64,000 bases of DNA from NCBI RefSeq assembly GCF_006345805.1, contig NC_043022.1, positions 9,920,001 through 9,984,000 of the forward strand. The letters are read 5' to 3'. Source of the DNA: Octopus sinensis. Lineage: Eukaryota. Shown one piece after another: positions 13,954-28,039 of the stretch. The position numbers and the translations under genes were made by a program. The notes beneath the pieces were generated by a model. That model ran no database searches, was not told the DNA's origin, and was given only the letters and a program-made list of their open reading frames with translations. Position 1 is the stretch's first letter; each line of letters opens with the position of its first letter.

Positions 13954-14331
13954 ACTTGTTCTCACCGAAATAACTTTTTGCATAATACAGCAAAGCTAGC
14001 ATCTAAATACGTAACCTCACTTTCGTAACTACAATCGATTTCTTCTTGGTTTTTTTTTTTTTTAGTTTTATTTGTAATTTTGGCAGAAAGCAGTAAAAAT
14101 TTCCAATAGATGTGTGTATGTGTGTGTGCGTGAACAGCGTTATTGTCTTCCTTTGCGCGTCGAGAACATTTATTGCGCATCGAAAGCGAAGTGGAATTAA
14201 TCGGGTTCGAATCACCGTTATATTAACATGGATCTCGATCATCACCTTTATGAATTCAAACTATGCTTGTAAGCATGTATGATGATTTACACGATAATTA
14301 ATTACTATCATATTAAGGAAATTATATGTGA

Positions 14332-14387
<56 letters not shown>

Positions 14388-14605
14388 TTGAATATATTGA
14401 CCCCAGTACTTAGTACTTATTCTATCAGTTTCTTTTGCCAAATCGCTAACTTACAGGGATGTAAACACACCAACCCTAGTTGTCAAGCAATGGTGGACAA
14501 ACACAGACAAAAAATCATACACACATAGATAAATACATATATGTATACATATATATATATATAAACGATGTATATCTCTATATATAAAATGTATACAAAT
14601 TATAT

Positions 14606-15027
14606 TCTCTATATATAAAACTGAAATGCGTTTTTACCGCTTGGATCGCTTTCAATGCCACTACCTCCCGTCCGATTCGCTCCAAAATTTACAGGGACAT
14701 GTAGAATGAGGTGACGATGTTCGTGGGCTACCTTAGAAATCCCTAGCTTAAAAGGTGTGGTTGCTAGGGGCCATTTTCCTCACTCACGCTATTTCCTCCA
14801 GTACCCTCTCACTCCTCTTCATGTCACAAGTCCACTCCAGTTATTTAATGTAAAGTCTTCCTCAAATCACTCTCCCGTTATTTCCTCTCTTCCAAGAACA
14901 TTTTCACTCACTCTATCTCTTAGCTTCCCATACATTTTACTCATGTATCTATCTGCGTTCATAGACAGAAACAAATATTACATCGCCATCGCCATCGCAT
15001 TCTATTGTCTACCTGTCAACACACACA

Positions 15028-15077
<50 letters not shown>

Positions 15078-17025
15078 CATATATCTAATATTATATTTTT
15101 ATTTTTATGTTTTTGTTTTTGGTTTTTTACTGTTTCATTTCCCTATTAGTGGTTTTATCTCTAATTTAATTTCTACAGCGTGCACACACACACACACGCA
15201 CACCTATATGTGGCCCCAGTACACCCGAATGAAATCGGGTTCTCTTCATCAAAATGTGAAAAGGGGTCTAGAATTATCATCGCCACAACTAATGTGTATG
15301 TCTTCCTCACTCACTCACTCTTTTTCCTAATGATAATTATCATCGCCACCACCAACACACAATCATGACAATCTTTCTCTTAAAACAAATCATGTTTACA
15401 TTGCAAAATATTTCATTTTCCCGTCCTCCCTTTCATATATCACCTTTTCTTTCTCGAGCTCTCTCTTTTTTCGCCATCTCTATTTATTCTACAACGAGTC
15501 TATCAATGACAGCCGCAAAAGTTTCACTATTCCTACTTCACCTCTTTCAGAAACGCAACAGATATTATTTTTTTGCCGGGGTTAAAGCCCACTACATCCC
15601 GTCGGATTCACTCCAAAATTTACACCTTTTCTTTCTACCTCTAACTCCCCTTCAATTTCTCTTTATCTCCATTCATAAAGATAATTATCATCGCCACCAC
15701 CAACACACAATCTGGACAATCTTTCTCTTAAAACAAATCATGTTTACATTGCAACGACGTCTGCCACCTCCGCCGTCTCTATTTATTCTGCAAATGACCA
15801 GAACTCGGGAAACTTGGTTTAGTGTTCTATGGTCTATGACCAGAACTCGGGAAACTTGGTTGAGTGTTCTATGGTCTATGACCAGAACTCGGGAAACTTG
15901 CTTGACTGTTCTATGGTCTATGACCAGAACTTGGGAAACTTGGTTGAGTCCTCATCTTATAAAATGTGGCCCCAGTAGACCCAAATGAAATCGGGTTATA
16001 TTAACCAAAATGTGAAAAGGGGTCTAAATGGGGCTGGAAGGGGATTAAAATTTAAAGGAGCGGGTGCTTAGCAATTCTCTGTTACATCAAGCTAAAAAAT
16101 TTGCGCCAGCCTTTTAATCGTCAATGTGTTGCCGTCCATGATGAAGAAGTTTTGAATGCTTGCCATCGTGAGTCTACTGTCGTGAGAAAGAATCAAGTCA
16201 AAACTTGGTTTTTAGGGATTTTCTTTTACATCAAGTTCAAAATTTTACGCCAGCCGTTGAACGGTCAATACGTTGCTGTCCGTCGTTAAGAAATGCCAGC
16301 CATGGTGACTCTACTATCCTCAAATTCTATCCCTTCAAACTTTGGTTTCCAATATTTTATTATTTTTCTTCAGCTCGCAAGTTCGTCTGTCCCTTTTAAA
16401 TGTTAGTGTTTTGCTGTCTGCTTTGAAGCAGACCTTTCTGTTGTTACTGCCTGATATTTATGATTGATCTTTCTAAATATTTTATTTCTCAACTTACTCA
16501 AGATCTTTTGTTGTTTATAAATGGGAGAGAGATAGATAAAGATAGAGAGTAAGAGAAAGCGAGGGAGAGTCCGAGAGAAAGGAAGAGTAAGAGAGTGGGA
16601 AAGTGAGAGAGAAAGGAGAGAGAAACAAAGAGGGAGAATCATCATCATCATCATCATCATCATCGTTTAACGTCCGTTTTCCGTGCTAGCACGGGTTGGA
16701 CAGTTTGACAGGGGTCTGGGAAGCCAGGAGGCTGCACCAGGCTCCAGTCTGATCTGGCAGTGTTTAGACAGGTGGATGCCCTTCCTAACGCCAACCACTC
16801 TGTGAGCGTAGTGAGTGCTTTTATCATGCCGCCGGCACAGGTGCCAGGGGGGCTGGCAGCGGCAACGATCGGTTGGTGCTTTTTACGTGCCACCAGCACA
16901 GAAGCAAGTCAAGGCGGCGCTGCAATCCGCCACGTTCAGATGGTGCTTTTTACGTGCTGAAAGGAAGCAACAGAAAGTAACAACCACACTCTTACCCGCA
17001 CGTAGAGCGGGTCACTTTCAGCTAG
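14606..17025 (+). mobile_element. Non-autonomous Helitron family A, copy A1
   Basis: 5' TCTCTATATATAAAACTG; 3' hairpin acccgc-acgtaga-gcgggt then CTAG; no TSD; carries an RTE tail and a 42-bp tandem repeat. Confidence 0.85.
15797..15950 (+). repeat. 42-bp tandem repeat (about 4 units) inside Helitron A1; mirrored at 37445-37640
   Basis: gaccagaactcgggaaacttggttgagtgttctatggtctat units, no spacers. Confidence 0.9.
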
Positions 17026-18201
17026 TCTCTATATATAAAACTGAAATGCGAAAAGTTTGTTTGTTTGTCTGGACCGCTTTCAAGGCCACTACATCCCGTC
17101 GGATTGATTCCAAAATTTACAGGGACATGTAAAATGAGGTGAGGATGCCAGTGGGCTACGTTACAAATCCCTATCTTAAAAGGTGTCGTTGCTAGGGCCA
17201 AAAACCCACTTTGACAAGTCCACTCTCATTCTTTTATGTATCTGTCTTCCTCCCTCACTCAGCACTTTCACACACTCTCTCTCTACACGCCTGTCTGCAT
17301 TCATACAGACAATTATCATCGCCACAACCACCACACAATCACGACAACAAATATTATGAATCAGATATTTATTGGGTTCATTTATATGTATGTGTGTGTG
17401 TTCTATATATAAATATGTATATATTAAACTTTTTAATACTTTTTGATAGTTATATATATTTTTAAAAAGTCTTCCTCCATCTCTCTCTCTCCTCCCTTCC
17501 TTTCTCTATAACGTCATTTGATACTGTCTACTACATGAGTGCACAAGGAATGTGGTTTATCAGGAGGCTCTGACAAAACAAAACTGTAGGTGTTAATCTG
17601 TCACAACTGGTTTTCAGTCATGGTCAATTGTACGTAGCCTGTTCTTGAGTTGGAAATCCGCATAAACTCTTCATTCTTGGCAATCATGAGCGCACAAGGA
17701 ACGTGGTTTATCAAGAGGCTCAGACAAAACAAAACTGATTGTAAATCATGAAATTTTGCTTGATTTTTTATTTTGCACCTCTTCATTATCTCTTCATTCT
17801 TGAAAATAAAGACATTAAAAAGAACATTGTTCATAAAGAACATTGGGTTCAGATGTTTGCAAACATTTGATCCAACTCATTCTCTTTATTCCTCATTTTC
17901 CGATTCCTTCTACGTCTCCATTAAACGGTTTTGTCAAGTTATTGTTTCTTCGCTAACATAAGACAATTCATAAATTGAATGAGTTGTTAATTACATTTTA
18001 TACACTGTTCCATTGTTTAGGTGGTATCTGTATTTATATAGATATATATATATATATAATTTGTATACATTTATATATATATATATATATATATATAATT
18101 TGTATACATTTATATATATATATATATATATACTCTTATATATATATATATATATATATATATACTCTTACCCGCGCGTAGAGCGGGTCACCTTCAGCTA
18201 G
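17026..18201 (+). mobile_element. Helitron family A, copy A2, head-to-tail with A1
   Basis: Starts at the base right after the A1 CTAG; ends acccgcgcgtagagcgggtcaccttcagCTAG. Confidence 0.8.
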
Positions 18202-18229
18202 TATATATATATATATATATATATAAACG

Positions 18230-18281
<52 letters not shown>

Positions 18282-18897
18282 GATGTATATATATATATAT
18301 TATATATATATATATATATATACATATATATATAAATGATAGGCTTCTTTCAGTTTCCATCTACCAAATCCACTCACAAGGTTTTAATCGGCCTGAGGCT
18401 ATAATAGGAGATGGTTACTCAAGATGTCACACAGTGGGACTGAACCCGGAATCATGTGGTTGGGAAGCAAGCTTCTTACTCATAAATTCAATACAGGGTA
18501 CAACATATTACATGGTATTACACAGTATTCCCAGGTTTCTGGAAACTGAATAAGAGATCTGTTACCGTACAGGGAAAGGTGGGTGGTATAAAATTTGCTG
18601 AGCTCCAACCAGTTTGTTGAATCTGAAGATCCATGGGATGCAGGGAGTAGAGAGCATTGTATGGTAGGCAGATGTGTGCTGGGGAGTTGTTATAAGACAA
18701 TGTAGGGACGACCTAGTAGGGTCTCATTCTCTGTTTTTTTTCTCTGTGTTGAAATAACAGACCTGCCTATTGATCATAGACATTCCAATAGTGGCTATCC
18801 CACATATTGTTCTTTCAGCAATAGTGTCTCAAAATAGTTACCATTTAGTAGAGATTAAGTTTGGAGAAAGAGGTCATAAATGTTTGGGGGGTGTCTG

Positions 18898-19081
18898 CAG
18901 TGGCATAGCTGGCAGGGAGGGAGAGACAAGGGAGCAGTCTGCCCCCAGGTGACACATTTGTGGAGGCTGCACCTTTGAGTCTGCTATATAGGCTGTATTC
19001 ACCCCTCCTCTGGCATATGGAAGTGGTGGGGGACAAATTCAAGGTCTGTCCCAAGCATCACACACTCCAGCTATACTACTG
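18898..19081. mobile_element. hAT-like MITE
   Basis: cagtggcatagctgg ... ccagctatactactg imperfect TIRs. Confidence 0.5.
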
Positions 19082-21204
19082 GGTTTCTGTATCGATCTGG
19101 GGTGTGTTTAGGGGCTGAGACCAGAGTCTTGCCTTGCTTACTTGATCTGTTTAGAAATAGGCCTCATATGACGCCCTACTGTCTTTAAAAAGAGAGAAGG
19201 TGCAATTGTTAATGCAACTCTAGAGATTCAATAGGTCTTAGTGAAATGTATAACTACAGTTGGGGGTGATAATCCGGTTGGAACATTGTTGATTATTAAG
19301 GTTTGTTGAATTGAAGACTACTGACCTAAAGCAGAACAACCAGACATTCAACAAATGCTGATTGGACATATTGATTAGAATACATCTTCAGTTGGAAGAT
19401 GTCCAAACGGTTGAGTTAATCATCATTATCATTTTCTTCTTTTTCTTCTTCTTCTTCTTCTTCTTCTACCTCTGCTGCAACACCCTCCGCCACTTCTTCT
19501 TCATCTCCATTCTTCATGCTCTTCGTCTGCATCTCCTTTTCTTCTTCCTCTTCTTTTTCTCCTATTCCTCCTCCTCCCCTCCTCCTGCTCCTCCTCCTTC
19601 TTCTTCTTCTTCTTCTTCTCCTTCTCATAAATGTATAAACTTTAACAAACTCACAAAACAACTGACGTAAACAAAACTCCTCTAACACAACGCGACAATT
19701 TTATCGATCATTTTGACCGACCAAGCAATTGAATGTCATTTCAAATATTACTGCATTCTTGACATCCATATCTTTGTTTCAGTGGTACTGCATATTTTGC
19801 TTTTATTTAGTAAAAATAATAAAGATATAATTTGCACAACTTATATGCGAGAACATAATTCATTTAAAGTGTGTTAAAATACATGTCTTTAATTTCCTGA
19901 CATGGTTTCATTCATAAGCACTCTGTTATTTCAAGAAGCCATGTTTTACAGCATTATTTAATCAGGACCTTTTCTGATTGACTCACACTTTTTGAAATTT
20001 CAAAATTAAGTGAAAATTTTCAAATTTGGTATATTGATATAATTTTTCGTGCTGAATCTGAAGTTGTTATTCACATGTTCCAGAAAAATTCTAGAAAAAT
20101 GTTACAGGTGTTTAAATTTTGAGTATTTTTACCCAATCGGGAAAAAGGATTTGGAAGCTGACCTTTTGTGTTGCGACAACATTATGACCTCAAAACAGTG
20201 AACACTGGAAGTTTTAATAAGTTCTAATGAATAAAGTCATATGAAATGTTTGAACAGGCATGTAAACAATATCAAAAGGAAAAATCCTCAATGCATTCTC
20301 TTTTTCTCACATATTTCATTCATAAAATATATTGCTTCTTTCTTCTTTTCAACGGTAACATGAATATTCTTTTTTACTTCAGGCACAAGGCCTGAAATTT
20401 TAGGGGAGGGGGTCAGTCGAAAAGATCAACCACAGTAAGCAAGTGGTACTTAATTTATCGACCCCGAAAGGATGAAAGGAAAAGTCGACCTTGGCAGAAT
20501 TTGAACTCAGAACGTAAAGACAGACAAAATACTGCTAAGCATTTCTTCCGGCATGCTAATGTTTCTTATTTCTTTAATGCCCACAAGGGGCTACACACAG
20601 AAGGGACAAAAAAGGACAGACAAACGGATTATGTCGATTATATTGACCCCAGTGCATAACTGGTACTTATTTAATCGATCCCCGAAAGGATGAAAGGCAA
20701 AGTTGACCTCGGTGGAATTTGAACTCAGAACGTAGCGGCAGACGAAATATCACTAAGCATTTCGCCCGGCGTGCTAACGTTTCTGCCAGATTGCTGCCTT
20801 CAACTGTAACATAAATATTAAGAAACCTTACCCGCAGACATGGTTGTGTGGTTTAGAAGCTTGCTTCCCGACCACATGGTTCTGAGTTCAGTCCCACTGC
20901 GCAGTACCAAGGGCAAGAGTCTTCTACTATAGCCCCATGCCGTCCAAAGCCTTGTGAGTGGATTTGGTAGAGGGAAACCAAAAGAAGCCAGCTGTGTGTG
21001 TGTATCCACACCGTCGCTTGACAACTGATGTTGGTTTGTTTACGTCCCCGTAACTTAACGGTTGGGCCTCTGAGACAAATCGAATAAGTATCAAACGGAA
21101 AAAAGTAAGTACTGGAGTCTATTTCTTATAATAATGAACTTATCGTATTCAGTCCTCAGGTGCACGTAACTCATCAGGAAAAGTTAACCAAAACTGAACG
21201 AATA

Positions 21205-21580
21205 GGTGCAGGAGTGGCTGTGTGGTAAGTAGCTTGCTTACCAACCACATGGTTCCGGGTTCAGTCCCACTGCGTGGCACCTTGGGCAAGTGTCTTCTAC
21301 TATAGCCTCAGGCCGACCAAAGCCTTGTGAGTGGATTTGGTAGATGGAAACTGAAAGAAGCCCGTCGTATATGTGTATATGTATATATATGTGTGTGTAT
21401 GTGTTTGTGTGTCTGTGTTTGTCCCCCCAACAATGCTTGACAACAGATGTTGGTGTATTTACGTCCCCGTAACTTAGCATTTCGGCAAAAGAGACGGATA
21501 GAATAAGTACTAGGCTTACAAAGAATAAATCCTGGGGTAGATTTACTCGACTAAAGGCGGTGCTCCAGCATGGCCGCAGT
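21205..21580 (+). mobile_element. Abundant octopus-type tRNA-derived SINE; copies at ~2868, 6505, 58740 (-), 59980 (-), 61557
   Basis: gtggctgtgtggtaag...ggttcagtcccactgcgtggcaccttgggcaagtgtcttctactatagcc head with an internal (CA/TA)n tract. Confidence 0.85.
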
Positions 21581-22659
21581 CAAATTCTATAGTTTGTAAG
21601 ATATTTGTTGTTTCTTTTCTTCAATTTGTGCAATTTCAACTAATCAATGACGTCTATTGGGGTAAAAAAAACATTCTGTTCCGTATGAAAATATCCCTCG
21701 TTTAAGAAACAGATTGGGTTTATTTACATTTCTGAAGAAAAAAAGATACGCTTCCCCCCACCCCTAACCCTAAAACAGATTGAAATGCAATAGATCGATA
21801 CTAGGGTCATAATTATGGGTGACAATTTTATATGACACCGCTAGAAAAAACTGCTGTTCAAACCGAAAAGATCCTAATGCAAATGAAACAAGTAAAAGAG
21901 AGAGTAAAGTGAATAGTACATAGGATATGCACAAGAAGTGAACAGTGAATAAGGCATCAATAAAAAAAAAAGGGAAGAAGAAGCAACGTGAGTAGGGGAC
22001 ATCAGGTGTGCTGTAGGCGAATTTCAGGAGGCATGGAAGTTTGGGAGGATGAAGTATCTCGACAGCTAACAACTGATGCGGGTAGCTTATTCCGTGCTTC
22101 AGCAATTCTGAGTATTAAAATAATGTTTCCGAAGAACAATGATTTTGTGTTGTTCGACTAAAGTCTTCGAGGCAGTGCTCCAACATGGCCGCAGTACAAT
22201 GACCGAAACTAGCCAAAATAAATAAATAAATTGATAACTGAATATCATTTCATAATTTATTACATAAACAAACAACCATATTTTGACAAGAGATTGGAAA
22301 TTATTTCAAGGAACATAACTCTGCACAAATTTTGTCGGCGTGTATATCTAGGATTATCTCACATTATAAATCGGGATCAAATGCTCGAATATATCCCATT
22401 TTTTTTTTTAGAGTTATAATTAACCTCCAAAAACAAAGAAAAAGTGGTGGTGGGGTCAGCGTCCTTGTTTTTTTCTATACACTATCAGATTCATAAGGAT
22501 AGGAATAAAACGCCTTGCAGTACTTAGTTACGTCCCTTTAATAAAGTCTGTTCTTTCCGTAGTCCAACTCTTCTTAACCTTCTCTGCATCGTAGATCGGA
22601 GAACCACGCGTATAACACGACACAATAAAATGAATTTAATTATTACATAATATAATGCA

Positions 22660-23074
22660 AGGATCTTTTCGGTTTGAACGGCAGTTTTTTAAAATAATTT
22701 CCACATAACTAAAAACTTTTAAACTTCATATACTGGTAGAATGTGATTATAAAATATCTTTTTCTCTTGGCTTTGAGAAAATTCTATAGTTTGTAAGATA
22801 TTTGTTGTTTCTTTTCTTCAATTTGTGCAATTTCAACCAATCAATGACGTCTATTGGGGTAAAAAAAAACATTCTGTGCCGTATGAAAATGTCCCTCGTT
22901 TAAGAAACAGATTGGATTTATTTACATTTCTGAAGAAAAAAAGATACCCTTCCCCCCAACTCTAACCCTAAAACAGATTGAAAGGCAATAGATCGATACT
23001 AGGGTCATAATTATGGGTGACAATTTTATATGACACCGCTAGAAAAAAACTGCTGTTCAAACTGAAAAGATCCT
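22660..23074. mobile_element. MITE with AGGATCTTTTC TIRs; partial second copy at ~21585-21874
   Basis: aggatcttttcggtttgaacggcagttttt / aaaaactgctgttcaaactgaaaagatcct; aatgca on both sides. Confidence 0.7.
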
Positions 23075-23506
23075 AATGCAAATGTAAATATTACATTGTA
23101 TATCGCGCATTTGATTTCTACTATTTATTACTTCTGAGTTCAAATTCCACCAAGGCCGACTTTGCCTTTCATCCTTTCGGGGTTGATAAAATGCGTACCA
23201 GAGTTGAGCACTGACTTACCATCTCCCTCAAATATGTTGGCCTTGTGCCAAAATTTGAAATTAGTATGTATGTGTATATGTAAGGCTGCAAGCTGGCAGA
23301 ATCGTTACCGTGCCGGGCAAAATGCTTAGTGGCATTTCATTCGTCATTACGTTTTGAGTTCAAATTCCGCCAAAGTCGAGTTTGCCCGTCATCCTTTTCA
23401 GATCGATAAACTAAGTACCAGTTGAGCACTAGGTCGATGTTATCAACTTACTCCTCTCAAAATTGTTGGCCTTGTGCTAAAATTTGAAACCAGTATGAAG
23501 CATATA

Positions 23507-23686
23507 CCGTATTTTAACGTCTATAAGGAACCCATTTTTGTTAAAAATTAGGTTAAAATATATGGGTGTTTCTTATGCATGGATAGTATCATAATCCCTT
23601 ACAAAGCCTTTCTTTACAAATTTTAAGCCCCAAAAATTAGGTGGGTTCCTTATACACGGGGATTCTTTATACACGTTAAAATACGG
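23507..23686. mobile_element. MITE with CCGTATTTTAACG TIRs and TA flanks
   Basis: TA-ccgtattttaacg ... cgttaaaatacgg-TA. Confidence 0.75.
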
Positions 23687-25943
23687 TATGTCTAAGGGAT
23701 TTAGCTCTTATAGTTGCAGTTAGATTGAGGGCTTAATTTATCTGTGGAAAAAACTGTGGCTTGCAGATAATCATAGGAAAGAGGCACAAACAGAAGGGGT
23801 AATATTTCAAAATAAAAATACGCTACAGACTGCAGTAGCCTATAAAATATAAGTAAAATTTTAATATTTATTCTTTCTGTGTGACTCAGTCACAAATGAT
23901 ACTCAGTCCAGTACTGGTCAATGGCCTGCTAGTTGGGGAGCTCTGTTTTTGGCAACTTCCTCAGTAAAATAAAGTATCAGGTTAATACAGGCTAGATAAA
24001 GCTGCCATTACTCTTCAATCGGATTTAAGGAATGGCGAATATTTTAGATATCAATGCAAATGGTCGAGAGCTGAATCTACCTGAGAACTATGTGAAGGGC
24101 ACCTGTGTCTGTGGAGTGTTCAGCCACTTTCGCGTTAATTGCATGAACAAGCTGTTCCAATGATTGAATCAACTGAGACACTCATCGTTGTAACTAAGAG
24201 TGCTCAGCCAGATATCAATATTTAACATTGATAAGGCGGTGAGCTGGCAGAATCATTAGCAGACCGGACAAAGTACTTAGCAGCATTTTGTGCGTCTTTA
24301 TGTTCTGAGTTCAAATTCTGCCGAGGTTGACTTCGCCTTTCATCCTTTCGGGATTGATAAAATAAGAACCAACTGACCCTGGGGTCAATGTAACTGACTT
24401 ACCCCTCCACCAAAATTGCTATCCTTATGACAAAATTTGAAATCAATATTTAACTGTAATAAAGCAGTTCAACTGGCAGAATCGTTAGCACACTGGGCAA
24501 AATTCTTAGTGGAATTTCGTCCAATTTTATGTTCTGAGTTCAAATTCCGCTGAGGTCAATTTTTCCTTTCATCATTTCGAGGTCAATAAAATAAGTACCA
24601 GCTGACTACCGGCGTCGTTTTAATTGACTTAAACCCTACCCCAAAATTACTGGTCCTGTATCAAAATTTGAGACCAATATTTAACAATAATGTTTAATAA
24701 CACAATTAATATTAATAAAAAAACACTGGTTAATTATGTATGAATTAGATTATTTCTTCTAAGCATTGAATGAAATGCATACAAGCTGCTAAATACATAC
24801 ATTATTGGATGGCGCTTGACACCACGCTGTTCAGCTACATTCGACTAGTGTTCATTTACTATCATGTAGGATCCAACATTTCATTTCATCTCAATCGAAG
24901 GAGAGGGGCTTTCTCCGTCCGGGTTGTGGATCCATGGAATAAGCTGCCGGACGAGATAGTGAAGATGCCGACGACTGCTCGGTCCAAAGTCTCTCTTGAC
25001 CAGAAATGGCCTGAACTCTTTGCATGAACACCCTCCCTGTACATAACTCCATGTCCCCCTACATGACCTTGCTTTTGCTTTTTGAGCCAAAAAATTAACT
25101 TAACTTAACTTAACATCACCTTTCTTACATAGCAAGTTTGGTGTGGCTACCAATTGAGTAACCAACAACCTAAGCATGTAACAGATTGTTTCTGGTTACA
25201 TGTTATCAGTAGCACTCACAAGTAAACCTAATACAGTTCAAAAATCAATTAAAGTTGTCCATCATCTTTTTTTAATCAGTTTACATAGAAATAATTAAAT
25301 TTGCCATGGTTGTACTACCATTATGTAGGTTTATATGAAAATACAACTATTTATATTAACACCAACACTTCCTAAAAGCAATTTATTCATTCAACTTCTT
25401 GATTTCTTCTGCTTAACTTTGAATGGCACTAAGCAATGTAACCCTGATGATACTGTACCAACAATAACACCAGGATGCACATCTAACAGTGTGCAGTCGT
25501 CGATGTAGTTGAAATGCACGTAGGTCCAAAAAAGAAAACTGTAAATAACTTTAATAAAATTATAGAGGTGGGAAATCTCCATTCTCCTGATTATTATTAT
25601 CATCATCATCATCATTATTATTATCATTATTATTATTATTATTATTATTGTGTGTGTGTGTGCATGCATGCACGCGTATGTATATATTAATTGAAGTGCA
25701 AAGTATTATATGTCCATTACGGCTGGTCTTACCAATCGGTTTCACACTAGAGGTCCAATGGAATGTTAGGTAACAGCTCGATTATGTAACCCTGCGCTCT
25801 TCAGAGATGGCATGAAATATGGTGACTGCTCTCTGTTGTTGGAGGTGAGCAAACACATCCAGTTTGTGGTTGTTGTGAAAAAGACGATGAAACGCACTGC
25901 ATAAGTGTTAAGAGTTGGAATTATATATACATACATACATACA

Positions 25944-25999
<56 letters not shown>

Positions 26000-26086
26000 C
26001 ATACATATTTATATATATACATGCACATGCATACATACATACATACATATACATACATACATACATACATATACATATATATATAT

Positions 26087-26168
<82 letters not shown>

Positions 26169-27143
26169 TATAGGCACATTTGTTGTTGAACCTGGAACCA
26201 TGTGGTTAGTAAGCAAGCTATACACACACACACATCTAAAAATATTGGGTGCCAGGAAACTAAGGGGGCCCACCCGCAACTACAAGGAGGCCCACCCACA
26301 ACTACAATGCTATCATTTGGTTTTTTCTTCTTTTTTGTTAAAAATATTCTTTTCAACTGTCTACAAACACAGACAGGCTGAAAAAATTAATGCATTCTTT
26401 CAGGAGTGAATGAAAAATTCTCAAACTTGAGGGGATGGGCCCCTTAGATATTAACATGGACCCCCCCACCATATATAGATTCTAATGGCACAGGAGCCTA
26501 CTTGTCATCGGCCAAGCTGGCAACCTGGCCAGTCCAACACTGCATATATATATATATATATATATATATAGGAAAAGATACTGACTCTTGGTGCCGTGCT
26601 GTGGGATTGAAACAGCTACCCCAGTCTTGTGTGACCCCAACTTTTCAACATTGAACTTTATACGTGTACACACAAACAGTAACATAACAAGAATGTCTCA
26701 GCAAGAATGTCTCAGTCCAGGTGCTCAACCAGATCTCCTTCCACTTAAATACTGCCATCTCAGAAACTTTTAGGGCATGTCAATTGATGACATCCAAGAC
26801 ATTTTTCAAATATATCAAACATTATGGGTGGAGAGCCCCTGAATATAGTTTGTTAAATGAAGCGTAAGACAACAACATGAAACTCCTTGCAGAAACAATG
26901 TAATTTTCTTTAGAAGAAAGCTGTGCTATTGACCTACATTAATTGTTCCTAAAATACATTAGCTAGCTTTTACTTCTGTGACCCTAGGTTACAAACGTGA
27001 AGGCATTATTCAACTATAAACGTAGCCCTGATACCAAAAGCAAAATAAAGATATAACTTACATCCATGCTATGTTGGTCATATAAATGATATCTTCCATT
27101 CATATATCTGTTTAGCTGTCTGCCTGTATCCCTACCTACCTAC

Positions 27144-27207
<64 letters not shown>

Positions 27208-27214
27208 TTATCTA

Positions 27215-27315
<101 letters not shown>

Positions 27316-27675
27316 TATATATACATACAAAATTTAAAGGACTGACCACTCAAAAAGTGGACGGTCAACATGCTAGATATAGACGTCAAATCGCTATTTT
27401 CCACAAAAAAGAATATGTTCTCAAATAAAAACTCAGCACAAAACCAAAGCATTAAAAATAAGCAAGACAAATGAAAATATACGAAATAAAAATGATTACC
27501 CATGTACTGAATCGGTTTCGATTATTAATATCTGCAAGGATAAACTGTAATCTCGTCAGCATGGTCTGTCATATAGAAATACAATTTGCAGGACTAGATG
27601 CAAAAACGTTTGACCGGAGTCTTGCATGTATGGAGTCCAACCGATTATATTATTACTTATTAGCTGCAGGGTGGT

Positions 27676-27706
<31 letters not shown>

Positions 27707-28039
27707 AGAGTTTACGAAAAAAACAAAAGACAAAGACAAGTGGTGTACAAAACAAACAGATGTATTAGTATAACGCTCAGGAATAGAAAAAGTCTTTTAC
27801 GTTTCGAGCCTACGCTCTTCTACAGAAAGGAACACAGAAAAAACAAGAAAGAAACAATGAGAGAAAAAATGTGTGTAGTGGCTAACGGTCTATCATAGCT
27901 AGTGACGCCATCACCAGTGCAATATCTATAGGTTTAGTTTAGTCTATATACTGTTGGAAATGACATATTAATTTGGGTATCCATTATGATTCAGTGAAAT
28001 GACAGGGGAACAAGTGAAGGATTTATTTAAACAATCACT

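Noticed and set aside
15797-15950. CRISPR-like periodicity
   Set aside because: Direct tandem units without unique spacers, in a eukaryotic context.
15365-15988. 207-aa ORF, mirrored by a 218-aa ORF at 37412-38068
   Set aside because: Lies inside duplicated Helitrons and across a 42-bp tandem repeat, with no recognisable domain; conservation reflects recent copying.
19416-19688. Glu/Arg-rich ORF
   Set aside because: Arises from (TTC)n/(TCC)n trinucleotide repeats.
25905-26409. Long YI/HT/CV-rich ORFs here and at ~18000, 40000, 56100-56700, 60400
   Set aside because: Translations of (TA)n, (CA)n and (TACA)n microsatellites.
27790-27830. Hammerhead-like gaagagcgtaggctcgaaacgta on the - strand
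   Set aside because: No CTGANGA core, and the putative stem II overlaps the core positions.
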